DNA of 39,422 bases from assembly GCA_027067085.1 (NCBI GenBank), contig JAMOMM010000261.1, positions 1 to 39,422 on the forward strand, given 5' to 3'. The notes under the pieces were generated by a model, which was not told where the DNA came from, ran no database searches, and saw only the letters and a list, made by a program, of their open reading frames with translations. Position numbers and translations under genes: made by a program. This document shows positions 37,480 to 39,422 of the stretch, one piece after another (the stretch's first letter is position 1; every line of letters starts with the position of its first letter). The stretch is from Hyphomicrobiales bacterium (GTDB lineage Bacteria; Pseudomonadota; Alphaproteobacteria; Rhizobiales; Aestuariivirgaceae).

Positions 37480-38544
37480 ATGTCCGATGCACCTGACGAG
37501 GAAAGTAAAACCGAAGAGCCGAGTGAGAAGAAAATCTCCGATGCGCATAAAAAGGGAAACATTCCTGTCTCACGGGAAGTCGGTATTTTTGCTTCCTTAT
37601 TTGGGTTGGTGATTGTAAGTCAGTTTTTTATTTGGGAAAAAACAAAAGGACTCGTTATATTTTTAGCGCAGTTCATTGAGAACCCAGGAAGTTGGCGCTT
37701 AGACAATACTCAATCAGTAACAAATCTACTTGAATTAGTATCTAACGCCATTTTCTTTTTCCTGATACCCATTTTTGTCATTCTAACGACCACCAGTCTT
37801 ACGGCAGCCTTCTTGCAAAACCCGCCTAAAATTATCCTACACCGGATCAAGCCAGACTTTTCCAAGTTGTCCTTGGCAAAAGGAATGAAGCGTATATTGG
37901 GCACTCAAGGTTGGATTGAATTTAGCAAAGCTTTGTTTAAATTCGTAGCCATTGGTATCGTCGTTACAATTTTTTTAGAAGCAGAGCTAGCTGGTGTTTT
38001 TAACACATTATTGAGTCATCCAAATTCAATTCCACGAGTCCTTTTGGCGCTATCCTCAGACCTACTCTTATCAGTTTGCGTTGCAACAATTCTTCTTGCA
38101 GGTGCCGATTTTGTTTGGTCCCGAAAGCAATGGTTTAAAAATTTAAAAATGACCCAGCAAGAAGTCAAAGACGAGCGAAAGCAAATGGATGGAGACCCAA
38201 TCGTGAAAGCAAAGCGGCTGTCTTTGGCACGCGATCGGTTAAGAAAACAAATGATTTCTGCAGTACCTAAAGCCACTATAATCATTACAAACCCAACCCA
38301 TTATTCGATCGCGTTAGCCTACAATCATCACGAAGATGCCGCTCCGAAGGTCATAGCAAAAGGAAAAAATCTTATCGCTCTAAAAATTCGGGAAATTGCC
38401 GAGAAAAACAACATCCCACGAGTAGAGAACAGACATTTGGCGCAATCACTTTACGCCCAAGTAGAAGTAAACCAAACGATACCAGAAGAGTTTTATCGCG
38501 CTGTCGCTGAAATCATTCATCATCTATCGGCCAAAAAGAATTAG
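37480..38544 (+). CDS. flhB: flagellar export switch protein FlhB
   Basis: Contains EESKTEEPSEKKISDAHKKGNIPVSRE, the NPTH autocleavage site (IIITNPTHYSIAL) and PKVIAKGKNLIALKIREIA. Confidence 0.96.
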   Translation: MSDAPDEESKTEEPSEKKISDAHKKGNIPVSREVGIFASLFGLVIVSQFFIWEKTKGLVIFLAQFIENPGSWRLDNTQSVTNLLELVSNAIFFFLIPIFVILTTTSLTAAFLQNPPKIILHRIKPDFSKLSLAKGMKRILGTQGWIEFSKALFKFVAIGIVVTIFLEAELAGVFNTLLSHPNSIPRVLLALSSDLLLSVCVATILLAGADFVWSRKQWFKNLKMTQQEVKDERKQMDGDPIVKAKRLSLARDRLRKQMISAVPKATIIITNPTHYSIALAYNHHEDAAPKVIAKGKNLIALKIREIAEKNNIPRVENRHLAQSLYAQVEVNQTIPEEFYRAVAEIIHHLSAKKN

Positions 38545-38750
38545 CAGTACTATCGTTTTTTCGTTTTTTTAGGACGTGTTTTTTTTCAATCTCCCCCTCA
38601 ATCAGGTACGAGACAAAAACCATTGAGTGGCCTGCAATGCTCTTTTTAATTTTGCTTGCAGACTTTTTCTTTTGCACATGATTGAGCACATCACCAAATA
38701 TTGGGGTTTTTGATTTCAGGGTCTTGAGTTGATTGACTCGCGCCCGCGCC

Positions 38751-39086
38751 CTACGATCCGTCAATTGAATAATACTTTCCACTCAAGCGCGCATGAATTT
38801 CACCACAAGTAACCTTGTTGTCTTCGCCATCATCAAACAAAATACCAATTTCATTTTCTTTGCACCAAATTATTTCACCAATACGTAGAACTTGGTGCTC
38901 ATCATCAAACAACTGAATTTTCTCTGGCAAATCAAAAAAATGACTCAACCTTAATCTCGCGCCAGATTCTGATCTATCAAAAATTTGACAGTCAGCAATA
39001 AATTTACCGTTAATATGTGCCACCTTACCCGAACGCAAGCGCACGCGCTGGCGGTTTTTCACTCGTCGACGTTTAAATATTGCCAT
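38751..39086 (-). CDS. single-domain PilZ c-di-GMP receptor
   Basis: Both PilZ signature motifs are present: RRRVKNRQR (RxxxR) and DRSESGARL (DxSxxG). The C-terminus carries IGEIIWCKENEIGILF. The start at ATG 39086 (MAIFKRRR..) is preferred, although the ORF is open up to TTG 39149. It is convergent with flhB. Confidence 0.8.
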   Translation of the reverse strand: MAIFKRRRVKNRQRVRLRSGKVAHINGKFIADCQIFDRSESGARLRLSHFFDLPEKIQLFDDEHQVLRIGEIIWCKENEIGILFDDGEDNKVTCGEIHARLSGKYYSIDGS

Positions 39087-39263
39087 TATTTTATTCTTTA
39101 TGTTGTTAGATTTTTTATGATAAGCAAAAAATTTATTAGGTTTTAGCAATTAGAGGCTTTTTTATAGCGGAATCCAAGGGTTAAGACATGCACTACTTTC
39201 ATAGAATAAGAGAAAACTTCAGATATCAAAGCGCAAATTATCCGATTGCGAACTCCACTGATT

Positions 39264-39422
39264 TCATTGGATATATTGATTGAAAGTCATACCAAACTCA
39301 CCCTTACCTATCCATACAACAACCCCATTCACCCTGCCTAAATCCTCTTGGCATAAACAGACTTTTTGATGGATTTCTAGTTTCAAAATTGAAGCAATTC
39401 TTGCTGAAATGCTATTAATAGA
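39264..39422 (-). CDS. partial ORF (3' end only), possibly a second PilZ-like protein
   Basis: The frame is open to the window edge and reads ..ISARIASILKLEIHQKVCLCQEDLGRVNGVVVWIGKGEFGMTFNQYIQ, ending at TGA 39264-39266. The VVW..G..F ending resembles a PilZ C-terminus. The N-terminal motifs lie outside the window. Confidence 0.3.
   Translation of the reverse strand, partial: SINSISARIASILKLEIHQKVCLCQEDLGRVNGVVVWIGKGEFGMTFNQYIQ

Noticed and set aside
38222-38240. A TGGCAC-N5 sequence inside flhB, considered as a sigma54 promoter.
   Set aside because: The downstream element is CGGT rather than TTGC. It lies in the middle of a coding sequence, and Rhizobiales-type flagellar regulons are not known to use sigma54.
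38513-38782. An 89-aa basic ORF (MESIIQLTDRRARARVNQLK..) between flhB and the PilZ gene.
   Set aside because: It overlaps the 3' ends of both flhB (32 nt) and the PilZ ORF (32 nt). It is low-complexity and Lys-rich, as expected for the antisense of a T-rich intergenic stretch. No motif or ribosome-binding site was recognised.

Overview
Almost the whole 39.4-kb window is one contiguous flagellar regulon of the alphaproteobacterial Rhizobiales type. Gene order matches what I recall for the Brucella, Bartonella and Sinorhizobium flagellar loci, and the DNA is AT-rich by eye (not computed). A long minus-strand block (3046-28747) reads flgB-flgC-fliE-flgG-flgA-flgI-motE-flgH-fliL-fliP | flagellin | fliF-(fliH-like)-motB-motC-fliK-(lytic transglycosylase) | ftcR | flgE-flgK-flgL-flaF-flbT-flgD-fliQ-flhA-fliR, followed by five accessory ORFs, the last four with overlapping stop/start junctions. 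To the right lie a minus-strand unit (DUF1217-like, flgF, fliI) and a divergent plus-strand unit (motA-fliM-fliN-fliG-flhB). Every structural flagellar ORF looks intact. The left 2.5 kb, in contrast, is a decayed chemotaxis locus. It holds an MCP signalling-domain remnant with several stops, a cheY split by a degenerate IS5-family element with a CTAG target duplication, and a frameshifted cheD. The most interesting non-obvious signal is a block-conserved 40-bp bipartite motif, GGCATGATGCC-N11-TCGGT-N5-TCCGATAT. It lies upstream of the flagellin gene and, in the same gene-relative orientation, upstream of a small ORF plus a GGDEF diguanylate cyclase that sits between flgB and fliI on the opposite strand. 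A third, degenerate copy lies next to the chemotaxis remnant. One or two single-domain PilZ genes follow flhB. Together these suggest a locally encoded c-di-GMP module wired into late flagellar expression in a lineage that has lost chemotaxis; this is inference, not demonstrated. I saw no rRNA, tRNA or CRISPR array.
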